Notes: generated by a model not told the origin, from the letters alone. Shown: positions 38,554 through 47,952, numbered from the stretch's first letter. The stretch: DNA of 64,000 bases from Chloroflexota bacterium (GCA_018829775.1 JAHJTL010000005.1:6506-70505), one strand, 5' to 3'. A program made the numbers and translations.

Positions 38554-38631
38554 GTTGACCTCTTTCTCAGCTGCTTTCTGCATTATATAACGAAAAAGGT
38601 AACGGAAGGTTAGTAAAATCGTGGATACTTA

Positions 38632-38660
38632 TTGACATTACGGGAGAGATAATCTATTAT
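38632..38660 (+). promoter_or_regulatory. Promoter of the small zinc-ribbon gene
   Basis: TTGACA (38632-38637), 17-nt spacer, TATTAT (38655-38660). Confidence 0.6.
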
Positions 38661-38697
38661 CCAAGCAATTGACTTAACATTAAGGAGGATATTAAAT

Positions 38698-38841
38698 ATG
38701 GTACAGGCATACTGTATGAAATGCCGCTCCAAGAAGGAGATGAAGGATCCCAAATCGATCACCATGAAGAATGGTAAGCCGGCGACTCAAGGAACATGCC
38801 CGAGCTGCGGGACCAAGATGTTCCGGATAGGGAAGGCTTAA
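38698..38841 (+). CDS. 47-aa zinc-ribbon protein (DUF5679-like), absent from the ORF track
   Basis: MVQAYCMKCRSKKEMKDPKSITMKNGKPATQGTCPSCGTKMFRIGKA has a CxxC...CxxC pattern. AAGGAGGA SD 7 nt upstream and its own promoter. Confidence 0.6.
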   Translation: MVQAYCMKCRSKKEMKDPKSITMKNGKPATQGTCPSCGTKMFRIGKA

Positions 38842-38866
38842 GCGCGTAGTTTAATACTTCATAATT

Positions 38867-39439
38867 TTATTCGCTGATGAGGATGTCCTCTGAACTGCGT
38901 TTTGGTACATGATGCGTACTATCCTTCTCGCGCCAGTACTTAGTATCATCACCCGGCTTCATTGTATCAATTACTACCCTTTCTTTTGGTTTCCCTAAAG
39001 CTATTGTCAGTAATATCTCGTATCGGGATGGTACGTTCAATAGCTTTTGTGCCTCATCTTTTCTGATTGAACCTAACATGCATCCGCCAAAACCCACCTC
39101 GGTTGCTCCGAGCAATATGGTTTGTGCGGCGATGCCGTGGTCTATGCCGAACGATTTACTTACTTCAGTGTCTCCCAAGATGATTATATAGGCTGATGGC
39201 CGTTCTCCTTCACTTGGCCCAGGCCAATCAGGTAGGGCTCCAGCCCAAGTCAGGAGAGGAAATATCTTGCTATTTCTATCTGGATCACAACTGAGATAGA
39301 ACTTAAGTGGCTGTTTGTTCCCCCCCGTTGCGGATAATCGTGCTAGATCGACCAGTTCCTTCAATGTATCAATGCTTATCTCGACATCTTCATAGAAACG
39401 CCGGTAGCATCTATTTCTTCGAACAAGGTCGTTAAACAT
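38867..39439 (-). CDS. Nitroreductase-family protein
   Basis: 190 aa. RRNRCYRRF N-terminus and a typical nitroreductase fold pattern. Confidence 0.8.
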   Translation of the reverse strand: MFNDLVRRNRCYRRFYEDVEISIDTLKELVDLARLSATGGNKQPLKFYLSCDPDRNSKIFPLLTWAGALPDWPGPSEGERPSAYIIILGDTEVSKSFGIDHGIAAQTILLGATEVGFGGCMLGSIRKDEAQKLLNVPSRYEILLTIALGKPKERVVIDTMKPGDDTKYWREKDSTHHVPKRSSEDILISE

Positions 39440-39519
39440 GTATTACCTCCTGTCCGTTATCATTGAATCGCTCTATATCTAACGAGAATGATAATACGCT
39501 GTTGGTAAAATGGGTACCG

Positions 39520-40683
39520 CTAGGCAACACTTAGGGCGGATTGAATCTCCGTCCTGGCAAATTCGTCGGTCTCGCCTGACAAGTTTGACTCTAAAATTTG
39601 GCGAGCACGGCTACCCCCTATCCTCCCGAGACCCCAGGCCGCATAGCCCCGAACCATTCCCTCTGTATCCTGCATTGCCTGGGCCAGGTCGGGGATGAAC
39701 GAGGGGTCACCCGTATTCCCAAGGGCTATGGCTGCATTTCTCTGGAAATACTTCTTCTTATAAATGTAGTTATACATTAGCGGTTGTACTCTTTTAGTGA
39801 AAAACTCATCGGACAGATTTAACAGCTTCGTCAGCTCAAAGTCTTCGGCTACCCTGGCCAGGAACTCGTTTTGTGGTAGCTGCGCCTTTAGTCTTTTCCG
39901 GTTTCTGGGGCATACTTCCTGGCAGATGTCACAGCCGTGAATCCAGGCCCCCATCTTCTCCCTGATTTCAGGCGGGATGTAGCTTCCCACTTCTCCTACT
40001 TTGCCGTCCCCCTTTTCCTGAGTAACCACGTGATTGAACATGATGCAGCGGCGCGGGTCCATCTTCATCGGCTCGTAGAGTGAACCTGTGGGACAGGCGT
40101 CAATACAGAGGGTGCATTTAGGAGGGCATTTTACTTCGTACGTCGGTGCGTCGTACTCAAGCTCCTTATCAATGACGAAACCGCTGACAGTAATGAACGA
40201 CCCGATTCCATCAGCGAAGGCGAAGCCGTTCTTTCCGTAGGTGACTGTACCTGCCCGGCACGCCGCCAGGCGCTCCGGGACTCTTATTTCATGGTCTACC
40301 TGGCATCCGCTGCTCTCCAGAAAGTCCCGCATAAGTCGGTATCGGGCCCCGTTAATGCGATGGGAAGGGGTCAGGTAACACCTGGCCTGGTAGATACGGC
40401 CTATCTTGCCCACCAGTTTCTCTGGGAAGGACTCCTTAAATGCGTCGTAAACTACCATAACGATTGATTTGGCTGACGGCATCACGCTTCTGGGCTCCGC
40501 GCCTTTGAGTGGCTGGGTGGGGCGGTCAATGTAAAAGGAATACATCTCGTGCCTGGCCTTGAGGTTGGCTATATATTCGGGAAAAGGCTCGGCGGTGGTG
40601 ATACCCACCCGGCTGTAGCCCAGGTCAAGGGCAAAATCTTTGATATCTTCAGTAAGCGACATAAATTCAGTCTGTCCTCCCAC
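39520..40683 (-). CDS. Epoxyqueuosine reductase (QueG)-like 4Fe-4S protein with C-terminal HEAT repeats
   Basis: N-terminal DUF1730-like region (IKDFALDLGYSRVGIT). Two Fe-S motifs (CPPKCTLCIDACP, CDICQEVCP). HEAT-like tail (AIALGNTGDPSFIPDL...VRGYAAWGLGRIGG). The start is ambiguous: GTG 40683 or ATG 40662. Confidence 0.7.
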   Translation of the reverse strand: MGGQTEFMSLTEDIKDFALDLGYSRVGITTAEPFPEYIANLKARHEMYSFYIDRPTQPLKGAEPRSVMPSAKSIVMVVYDAFKESFPEKLVGKIGRIYQARCYLTPSHRINGARYRLMRDFLESSGCQVDHEIRVPERLAACRAGTVTYGKNGFAFADGIGSFITVSGFVIDKELEYDAPTYEVKCPPKCTLCIDACPTGSLYEPMKMDPRRCIMFNHVVTQEKGDGKVGEVGSYIPPEIREKMGAWIHGCDICQEVCPRNRKRLKAQLPQNEFLARVAEDFELTKLLNLSDEFFTKRVQPLMYNYIYKKKYFQRNAAIALGNTGDPSFIPDLAQAMQDTEGMVRGYAAWGLGRIGGSRARQILESNLSGETDEFARTEIQSALSVA

Positions 40684-40850
40684 CTTTTCTGCTTGAATGG
40701 CTCTTACCAGAAGGCCATGTAGTTACAGTGTAGCATATATAGACTGATTATGGGTCGTCAGTTCTGTCCAAGGTATTCTTTATATCCGTCCCTACCAACT
40801 AAGAGAAGTTTATTGCTATTCAGGTGGTCGGATACAATAGAACAGGAGTA

Positions 40851-40896
40851 GGGGACTCATAAACCCCTGGTCGGCTTTCGAATCCGCCTGCTGCCA
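40851..40896 (+). other. Degenerate tRNA-Met/Ile2(CAT)-like 3' half, copy A
   Basis: The sequence is GGGGACTCATAAACCCCTGGTCGGCTTTCGAATCCGCCTGCTGCCA. It has an anticodon loop CTCATAA, a T loop TTCGAAT and an acceptor-like 3' end. The 5' strand of the T stem is corrupted and there is no 5' half. Confidence 0.4.
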
Positions 40897-40987
40897 GTGT
40901 CAGTTTCTATCAATAGATTAGCTAATTGCTATCTTTGTTCTCTTTTTATTTTCTCCACCTCTTTTTCTATAGCTGCTCTATCCGATT

Positions 40988-41215
40988 TTATTCCAAAGAC
41001 GAAAACCCCAAGAAGTGTAAAAGTAGGCCGATCCCCCAGCCGCCTAAGACCCACAGGAACCAAGGATACCCTCCACCGGCAGCAAACGCCCATACCAATA
41101 CTAGCATGGGGTTCACCACTACATAAGCAGTTAGGTTCCAATAGAAACCTCTCTTTTCCTCTACTCTTTTCTTTGCCTGTTCATAGATTTGCTCTTCTGA
41201 CATCTGCTTGGACAT
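40988..41215 (-). CDS. 2TM domain-containing small membrane protein
   Basis: 75 aa. KKRVEEKRGFYWNLTAYVVVN... plus two TM helices, typical of the 2TM domain. Confidence 0.65.
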   Translation of the reverse strand: MSKQMSEEQIYEQAKKRVEEKRGFYWNLTAYVVVNPMLVLVWAFAAGGGYPWFLWVLGGWGIGLLLHFLGFSSLE

Positions 41216-41244
41216 TCTCTTACCTCTTTATTCTTGGTGATGAT

Positions 41245-42042
41245 TTATTTCTGACTTATCGTTGAACCTTCATTCGCGCTGATGCTACCCAGTGTAGGGT
41301 TGCCCATATAGATAAGTCTGGAGCCGCCACTCAGGTTACCATCCAGTCTGCCGCTGGCATTAATGGTAACATCACTGGCACCACTGAGATTTATATCTGC
41401 ATCCACAACAGGGAAATCGGACAATTCCACATGACTGGCTCCCGATGCCTCAATATCAACATCATTAGCCGAGCCTTCCAGGTCAAGAGAGCTAGCTCCT
41501 GATAGGTCGAATCTACCGTCAGCCATTTCAATACTGCCGGAAGCTTTACTCGCACCGGAAAGTTTAAAATTCGTGTTACCAGCCTTCATATTCTTGATAT
41601 CGACCTGACTTGCACCCGACAGGTCAAAATCCACGGCGTGTGAGGAACTGAACCCGTCGACTTTCGCCTTCGAGGCTCCAGATAACCCTACTCTTTCCAA
41701 ATCCGGCATATTAATAATAGCTTTTTGCGTTATATTCATATGGATATAGCCAGGTTTAAGCCCTATATAAAGGGTATCACCGCTTTTGCTGATATCAAGA
41801 TACTCATACAGATTATCGTCGATGGTAATGCGGACCAGGTAAGAATCTGCTTTGGCAATCTCAACATCAAACGCATATCCAGCTTCAACCTTGGTGAAGT
41901 CACGGTAATCGAAATCCCAGGCCGCCAGTTTGCCTGAGCCGGTTACAGTTGGGCCAACACCGGGAATACATCCGGTGACGCCTGTGAGAACACCCATGAT
42001 TAGTGTGAGTGCAACATAAAGCATGACCTTTCGCATCGTCAT
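41245..42042 (-). CDS. DUF2807 (head GIN / adhesin-head-like) lipoprotein
   Basis: Lipobox (VTGC). Repeated LSGAS/ASGAS beta-helix-like units. Confidence 0.7.
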   Translation of the reverse strand: MTMRKVMLYVALTLIMGVLTGVTGCIPGVGPTVTGSGKLAAWDFDYRDFTKVEAGYAFDVEIAKADSYLVRITIDDNLYEYLDISKSGDTLYIGLKPGYIHMNITQKAIINMPDLERVGLSGASKAKVDGFSSSHAVDFDLSGASQVDIKNMKAGNTNFKLSGASKASGSIEMADGRFDLSGASSLDLEGSANDVDIEASGASHVELSDFPVVDADINLSGASDVTINASGRLDGNLSGGSRLIYMGNPTLGSISANEGSTISQK

Positions 42043-42092
42043 TTTGACACCTCCTTATTTTTGATTTTTGATAGTCTAACTTGAAATCAAGT

Positions 42093-43151
42093 TTAGGGCT
42101 GCAGTAGAGGAGCTAAGTTTTCTCCACTGTACATAGAATCAAAAGCTCTCTGTACCTCCTTCAGAGGGATAATCTCAGAAATAAGTGGCCTGATATTGAT
42201 TTGCCTATTAGCTATCATACGCATAGATGTATATATTAACCCACTGGGCCCACCGAAGCCGCCAGCGACAGTGGTAAATCTTACTTGCTTCTTCCACCAA
42301 ACCATAGGGTCAATCTCCGTTGGTAACCCGTATCCAGCCAAGCCTATTATACCAGCGCGTCTGACCATGTCGACAGCTTGATTTAAGACGTCGCCACTTC
42401 GGACACAAATGATGACCGCATCCGGGCCCGCCCCCGTGAGCTTTACCACCTCGGAGACAACATCAACTTCATTGGGATTTAGAACCGCGTCGGCACCCAT
42501 TTCCAGGGCCTTATCCAGACGGGACCTAATCGGGTCGATGACAATAACAGGGGATGCTCCAGCCGCTTTAGCACATAGCATTGTTCCCATGCCTATTTTC
42601 CCGACTCCAATGACGACTGCTGACTCCCCGGACTTAAGCCCGGTAGTTTTGACTGCGCTTACTCCGGTGCGGAGCGGTTCCACCAGTGCTGCTTCCTCAT
42701 CGGATACATTGTCGGGTATTTTCTGGGCTGCGTGTGATGGCCTGACGAAATACTCGGCCATTGCCCCCAATCTGTGTGCGTAATCTCTTACTATTATAGG
42801 TAATGCTCGCGGGGATACATCCTTGCCCTGGCAGAGGTGATGTAACTGACGCCGGCAGAAATAGCATTGACCACAGGGCAACAGGTAGTCACCCGTGGTA
42901 ACTCGGTCACCGACTGACCACCCATCGACTCCTTCACCTACGGCTGCTACCTCTGCCGCGAACTCATGACCAAGTATAGCCCCTGCCTTGATAGGGTTAC
43001 CATGCATTTGGTTGTCAACATATTCAAGGTCAGTACCACAAATAGAGCAGTATATGGTCTTCAGTAACAGTGTTCCCGGTTGTACCGATGGAGTTGGCAC
43101 TTCCTCATATGCTATAAGTCTTTTGCCTTTGACAACGGCTGCTTTCATCAA
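42093..43151 (-). CDS. Zn-dependent MDR alcohol/polyol dehydrogenase (paralogue B)
   Basis: Aligns along its full length with 33696-34739, more than half identical by eye: TIYCSICGTD, ILGHE, CGQCYFCRRQLHHLC, RLDKALEMGADA, AGPDAV..CVR, VLNQAV.MVR, PLISEI.PL. Confidence 0.85.
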   Translation of the reverse strand: MMKAAVVKGKRLIAYEEVPTPSVQPGTLLLKTIYCSICGTDLEYVDNQMHGNPIKAGAILGHEFAAEVAAVGEGVDGWSVGDRVTTGDYLLPCGQCYFCRRQLHHLCQGKDVSPRALPIIVRDYAHRLGAMAEYFVRPSHAAQKIPDNVSDEEAALVEPLRTGVSAVKTTGLKSGESAVVIGVGKIGMGTMLCAKAAGASPVIVIDPIRSRLDKALEMGADAVLNPNEVDVVSEVVKLTGAGPDAVIICVRSGDVLNQAVDMVRRAGIIGLAGYGLPTEIDPMVWWKKQVRFTTVAGGFGGPSGLIYTSMRMIANRQINIRPLISEIIPLKEVQRAFDSMYSGENLAPLLQP

Positions 43152-43450
43152 TGCTACTCCTTCCTAAATCTCTGGGTGTCATTCTCGGCGCTGCAAGCTA
43201 CGTTATCATATTTATCACAATGCAGCAGTAGGATTCACTAGGCATTGTAATTACGGAGTTATGGACATGTCAAATACGCGTAGCTAGATATCTGCCCTGG
43301 GACCAGAGCAAGTCATATGCAGGCCGCTGCCGGTTGTTTGTAGCTTCAATTATTTACGGACTAATTTTCAATCCTTTATAATACTCTCTAGAAAACTTTC
43401 CTTTATTGAACGATCTTAAGGCCTGTTAAGTATTTCAAAAAGGAGTGAAG

Positions 43451-43642
43451 ATGATGGATACGGTTTTGGATGCAGGACATATTTTCCACCACTACTTAGA
43501 AATCTCGATACCAGAAGAAGAGTGGCAACGCATGTCGGTTGAGGAAGCACTGGGAATTGCCAGAGATGTTGCGGCTCTATTCGACGGTAAAATGTCAGCG
43601 AGTGAATTTGGTGAAAAATACAGATTACCCAGAATTCATTAG
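43451..43642 (+). CDS. Hypothetical 63-aa acidic protein
   Basis: AAAGGAG SD 6 nt upstream of ATG 43451. No recognisable domain. Confidence 0.45.
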   Translation: MMDTVLDAGHIFHHYLEISIPEEEWQRMSVEEALGIARDVAALFDGKMSASEFGEKYRLPRIH

Positions 43643-43798
43643 ATCCACCCGCTGCCATGTTTTATTTGGCTACCGAAGTGAAGATAACCTAACTCTTTAA
43701 CTTTCAACCCCACACCTCATTGAGTTTTCCCCCGGTAGTTTTTAAAAATATGCTCACATTTATCCATTAATAAATCAGCGAAACTAAATGGATAAAAC

Positions 43799-43844
43799 TG
43801 GTTGCGGGTGCATTCGAACCGCCGACCAAGGGTTTATGAGTCTT
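43799..43844 (-). other. Degenerate tRNA-Met/Ile2(CAT)-like 3' half, copy B (inverted relative to copy A)
   Basis: The reverse complement reads AAGACTCATAAACCCTTGGTCGGCGGTTCGAATGCACCCGCAACCA. It aligns with copy A over about 46 nt. Here the 3' strand of the T stem is the corrupted one. Confidence 0.4.
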
Positions 43845-44012
43845 TGCCATAAACCAGAGTGAATCGATGGAGCGCACTGGATAAATTATGTCTACAAAAA
43901 AGGTTGCTTTTTATAATTCACAGATTTAACAAAAGAAGCCTGGGCGGGTGGCATGTATGACATTGAAGAAGGATTCATGGGGCATATATATTGTGTTATT
44001 TACATAGGAAAG

Positions 44013-45329
44013 CTATCTTTTCAGTTCAAAGTATTTCCGTGTTTTTACTCTCCCAGCTACGATTCTTACTTGACGTGGGGCTGCTAACCATACTGCGATG
44101 CAACCTGCGATAAACATAATGGCTGCAATGGTGAAAGCTACTATATAGCTACCATTGATCTCGAAAATTACACCCCCGAGCCATGGTCCTATTCCACCGC
44201 CTATTGCAAAGGCAAACCAAACAAATCCAATGGCGGCCCCCGCGTTTTTCCCTTGGAATAAGTCTGTGACTGTGGCAGCTAAGACGGGGATACTCATGCC
44301 GATGCCCAACCCAAAAAATACTGAATAGGCGTAAAGTATCCAGGGCTGAGAGGTGTCCGTCATTTGCATAATAATAACTATCCCAGAGACACCCAGCACG
44401 GTACTTATACTAAAGGCAACCTCTCTACCAAGACGGTCCGAGATGGTGCCTCCTATTGCACCTATGGCCATCATTACACCAAAGAGTGTCAACACTGAGG
44501 AGGCATAAAGTTTACTATAACCGACATCCTCAGCAAAAGCAATATGATGAGCCAAAAGTAAGTGTTCAGTAATCCCCCATACGGAAAATGCAGAGAAACA
44601 GAGAAGCCAGAATCGGTAGGTTTTCATAGCTTTAGTTAGTGTCCAGTCAGTAGCGGCCCAGGCTTTATCCAAAACATCACTTTCAAGTTGCTGGCTTGTT
44701 TGGGATGGAGTATCATTTTTGGCATTGCCATCTGGGGAGAGACCCATTTCCAGTGGATGATAGCGTACGAAGAGAATGATGCAAGGAAGAAGAAAACCTG
44801 CAACTATAACCGATTCCGCAAGGAAAGTCCCACGCAACCCCAACTTTTCTATCAGTACTGCAACTAATGGGTAAATGAGATGCTGGCCACCCACACCAAA
44901 GAAGAAAAGACTAAGGGCTAGGCCACGCTTATTCACGAACCAGTTAGTTATTACTCTAATAAAAGGTACTGTACCTATCAAACCTAGGCCAATACCACCT
45001 AAAAGCCCAAAGGAAACATAATAGTGCCAGAGAGCATTTCCTAAACTCGAAGCGGCCACTCCTGATGCAAGTAGAATGGCACCGATACTCATTGTTTTTC
45101 TTGGCCCTATTCTATCGACTAGAATGCCTGCAATCGGAGCCGAGACACCATAGGCTAGTATGTGAAAAGATAATATAGCTGCCGTGGCATCTCTTGACCA
45201 ATGGAATTGCTCCAGGAGAGTGGAGAATATAACAGAAAAGGAATAGCGAACGCCATAAGCCAAGGACATAGTTAATATGCCAACAATTACAATAACCCAG
45301 CCGTAATAGAATCGTGACTGTTTGGACAT
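44013..45329 (-). CDS. MFS transporter, OFA-like (paralogue 3 of 3)
   Basis: 12 TM. MSKQSRFYYGWVIV parallels the N-termini of the other two paralogues, so ATG 45329 is preferred over 45410. Confidence 0.85.
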   Translation of the reverse strand: MSKQSRFYYGWVIVIVGILTMSLAYGVRYSFSVIFSTLLEQFHWSRDATAAILSFHILAYGVSAPIAGILVDRIGPRKTMSIGAILLASGVAASSLGNALWHYYVSFGLLGGIGLGLIGTVPFIRVITNWFVNKRGLALSLFFFGVGGQHLIYPLVAVLIEKLGLRGTFLAESVIVAGFLLPCIILFVRYHPLEMGLSPDGNAKNDTPSQTSQQLESDVLDKAWAATDWTLTKAMKTYRFWLLCFSAFSVWGITEHLLLAHHIAFAEDVGYSKLYASSVLTLFGVMMAIGAIGGTISDRLGREVAFSISTVLGVSGIVIIMQMTDTSQPWILYAYSVFFGLGIGMSIPVLAATVTDLFQGKNAGAAIGFVWFAFAIGGGIGPWLGGVIFEINGSYIVAFTIAAIMFIAGCIAVWLAAPRQVRIVAGRVKTRKYFELKR

Positions 45330-45512
45330 TCGCGAAACCTTCAAAGGAATTAAGCAAGTCAGCAATCGACGCGCTAGCCCGAGTCTACTGTAACCTACTA
45401 TATGAGTCAACCTTGATATGGCAAAGTACCAAGAGTTAGTATAAGTTCAGACGCCGATTATCAATTAGGATTTCGTTTTACTTCGACAGATTAGTTATCG
45501 ATACTTTGGGTA

Positions 45513-45540
45513 TTGACATGTACACAGATAGGACTATAAT
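45513..45540 (+). promoter_or_regulatory. Strong sigma-70-type promoter (copy 4 of the recurrent module) for glutamate dehydrogenase
   Basis: GGTATTGACATGTACACAGATAGGACTATAATTAG, i.e. TTGACA-N16-TATAAT. It implies a ~160-nt leader. Confidence 0.7.
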
Positions 45541-45705
45541 TAGCTCGCCTGATATAAAATACTTTTAAAACAGCATACAGGATTAGGAAATGCGATGTTG
45601 AAACGGAGCGCTTAGTATCATTTCTTGTTTCATTATTTAAACGATGGACGATTTGCAGCAACGTCCGTTTGGGTAGATATAAAGGAAAAGTCTGGTGATG
45701 TTACG

Positions 45706-46986
45706 ATGTTAAAAAAACAACCGGTCGAAGTCTCTAGAGGTGATATATCCAATCCTTTTATGGAAGTACAAGAGCAAATTGACGCAATTTGCGAAAAGGC
45801 AAACGTCAGTGATACATGCCGTCTAAGGCTTAGGGAATGTGAGCGAGAACTCATTGTCCACTTTCCTGTGAAGATGGACAATGGGAAGATATACGTGTTC
45901 ACAGGCTACCGGATTCAGCATAACGACACCCGAGGGCCATCCAAAGGAGGTATTCGCTATCATCCGGACATCACTTTGGATGAAACGAGAGCTTTAGCCG
46001 TTTTAATGACGTTGAAGGCAGCCGTTGTCAATATACCATACGGTGGAGCCAAGGGTGCTGTCGCATGCAACCCAAAGCTCATGTCCCAGGATGAGCTGGA
46101 AAGATTAACCCGGCGCTATACCAGCGAGATATCAATGTTAATCGGTCCGGAAAGGGATATCCCTGCCCCGGACCTGGGCACCAATCCCCAAGTAATGGCC
46201 TGGATTATGGATACCTACAGTATGAATAAGGGCTATTCCGTGTTGGGTGTGGTTACCGGCAAACCCATCGAGTTAGGTGGTAGTCTGGGCAGGTTCGAAG
46301 CAACAGGTCGAGGTTGCATGATTAGCACTCAACTGGCGAGCAAACATCTGGGCATCCCTCTAAATGCTGCCAGTGTGGCAGTTCAAGGTTTCGGGAATGT
46401 TGGGGCGACAGCAGCTAAACTGCTATCCAAAGACGGTAGTCGAATCACAGGAATAAGCGATTCAAAGGGTGGTATCTACAACCCAAACGGCCTCGATGTG
46501 CAAAAAGTCGCTCGGCACAAAAAAGAGACAGGTTCAGTAATCAATTTCAAAGATGCCGAAAACATAACCAATACCGAGCTCTTAGAACTCGAATGCGACA
46601 TACTGATACCTGCGGCTATTGAAAATCAAATTCATAAAATGAACGCGAGTTCTGTTAAAGCAAAGATGATTGTAGAAGGCGCTAATGGACCGACTACCTA
46701 TGAAGCCGCGAAGGTTCTTCGCGATAAGGGGATATTTGTTGTCCCCGACATATTAGCAAACGCCGGGGGACTGGTGGTATCTTACTTTGAATGGGTACAG
46801 GACTTGCAATCTTTCTTCTGGAGTGAAGAGGAAGTAAATAATCAACTGCGAAGAGTGATGGATAACGCCTTTCACGAAGTTCTGGAAATTAGCCAGCGTC
46901 ATAAAGTAGATATGAGAGATGCTGCCTATATTCTTGCCATAAAACGAATAGCAGATACAATGCGCGTCAGGGGAATATTCCCGTAG
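45706..46986 (+). CDS. gdhA: Glu/Leu/Phe/Val dehydrogenase family; glutamate dehydrogenase
   Basis: GPSKGGIRYHP, PYGGAKGAV and the GFGNVG dinucleotide fold. ATG 45706 is preferred over the TTG at 45625. Confidence 0.9.
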   Translation: MLKKQPVEVSRGDISNPFMEVQEQIDAICEKANVSDTCRLRLRECERELIVHFPVKMDNGKIYVFTGYRIQHNDTRGPSKGGIRYHPDITLDETRALAVLMTLKAAVVNIPYGGAKGAVACNPKLMSQDELERLTRRYTSEISMLIGPERDIPAPDLGTNPQVMAWIMDTYSMNKGYSVLGVVTGKPIELGGSLGRFEATGRGCMISTQLASKHLGIPLNAASVAVQGFGNVGATAAKLLSKDGSRITGISDSKGGIYNPNGLDVQKVARHKKETGSVINFKDAENITNTELLELECDILIPAAIENQIHKMNASSVKAKMIVEGANGPTTYEAAKVLRDKGIFVVPDILANAGGLVVSYFEWVQDLQSFFWSEEEVNNQLRRVMDNAFHEVLEISQRHKVDMRDAAYILAIKRIADTMRVRGIFP

Positions 46987-47166
46987 TCAATTGAAGGTCG
47001 TTTTTAGAATTCCATTGTTATTCTTAGACAGGTAACAATAGTTTGTTCAATTGAGGACACTATCGCTTGTTTTATTACCGAAAGAAGAAACGTTCCTTTT
47101 TATATATTTACCAATCCCGTGAATAGAGCTATAATTGTCTCATCTGAGCGGTCAGAGGGTGTGGTC

Positions 47167-47592
47167 ATGTTATTTAATAAGAAGTGCCCGAATTGTGGAG
47201 CCAGGAACCCTAAAGATGCCATAAGCTGTGCTACCTGCGGTGTACCATTTGAACTGAAGCAGACAGAGACTCGAAAAGCCATTAAGAATTACGAGAAAAC
47301 TATCCAGGAGAAAGCTGCCCGCCCCAACCTCATGGATGCCGATGCCTACAACACGCAGGGCAACCGCCACCTGGAGCAGCGTCAACTCAAGAGAGCCATC
47401 GCGGACTTTAACGAAGCCGTCCGCCTCGACCCCAAGTATACCGTCGCCTACGGCAACCGGGCTATAGCTTACAAACTACAGGGCAATAAAACCAAGGCTA
47501 TTTCTGATTTTGAAAGGTTCATCGCCCTTGCTTCCGACCCCAGGATGATACAGGTTGCCAAGCAGCAGATTAAAGAACTCTCCATGCAATGA
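47167..47592 (+). CDS. Zinc-ribbon + TPR-repeat protein
   Basis: KCPNCGARNPKDAISCATCG, then TPR units (AYNTQGNRHLEQRQLKRAIADFNEAVRLDPKYTVAYGNRAIAY...). GAGGGTG SD before ATG 47167. Confidence 0.7.
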   Translation: MLFNKKCPNCGARNPKDAISCATCGVPFELKQTETRKAIKNYEKTIQEKAARPNLMDADAYNTQGNRHLEQRQLKRAIADFNEAVRLDPKYTVAYGNRAIAYKLQGNKTKAISDFERFIALASDPRMIQVAKQQIKELSMQ

Positions 47593-47681
47593 TACGATAT
47601 AGACTCCACCGGGGCCTTACCACTATGTTGTTAAGGGTATTGACTATTAAGACGATATATGATAAAAAAGAGCTGGAAGAA

Positions 47682-47735
47682 ATGAGCCATGCCCATGTGG
47701 TAGTAGCAAAAATACAAAAATGTGGAGGGAGATAA
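47682..47735 (+). CDS. Tiny 17-aa ORF (MSHAHVVVAKIQKCGGR), possible leader of the next ORF
   Basis: Its 3' end supplies the GGAGGGAGA SD for the next ORF, and its stop is 1 nt before the next ATG. A TTGACT (47640-47645) plus extended -10 (TGATAAAAA) lies upstream. Speculative. Confidence 0.25.
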   Translation: MSHAHVVVAKIQKCGGR

Positions 47736-47736
47736 A

Positions 47737-47829
47737 ATGGCATTAGATATATTTTTGGGAATTGTAATGGTTACTGTGCCAGCCTTTGCGTTTGTAGCAT
47801 TTGTTGCCCACGTTGTTAGCAGATTATAA
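47737..47829 (+). CDS. 30-aa hydrophobic single-TM peptide
   Basis: MALDIFLGIVMVTVPAFAFVAFVAHVVSRL. Strong SD GGAGGGAGA 5 nt upstream. Below the ORF-track size cut-off. Confidence 0.35.
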   Translation: MALDIFLGIVMVTVPAFAFVAFVAHVVSRL

Positions 47830-47952
47830 AAGAAGATAATGGCGTAGCCCAGGGGTTCCGGGTCGTTTCTAACGGTATCGGAAACTGCTGATTAATAGCC
47901 GTGGCCAGCTGAACAATGACCTGTTCTGCTAGTCAAAGCGTGAAATAGCGTT

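Noticed and set aside
45625-45705. N-terminal 27-aa extension of glutamate dehydrogenase from a TTG start
   Set aside because: The extension (MFHYLNDGRFAATSVWVDIKEKSGDVT) is not part of the conserved GDH fold and has no SD. ATG 45706 is preceded by GGTGAT.
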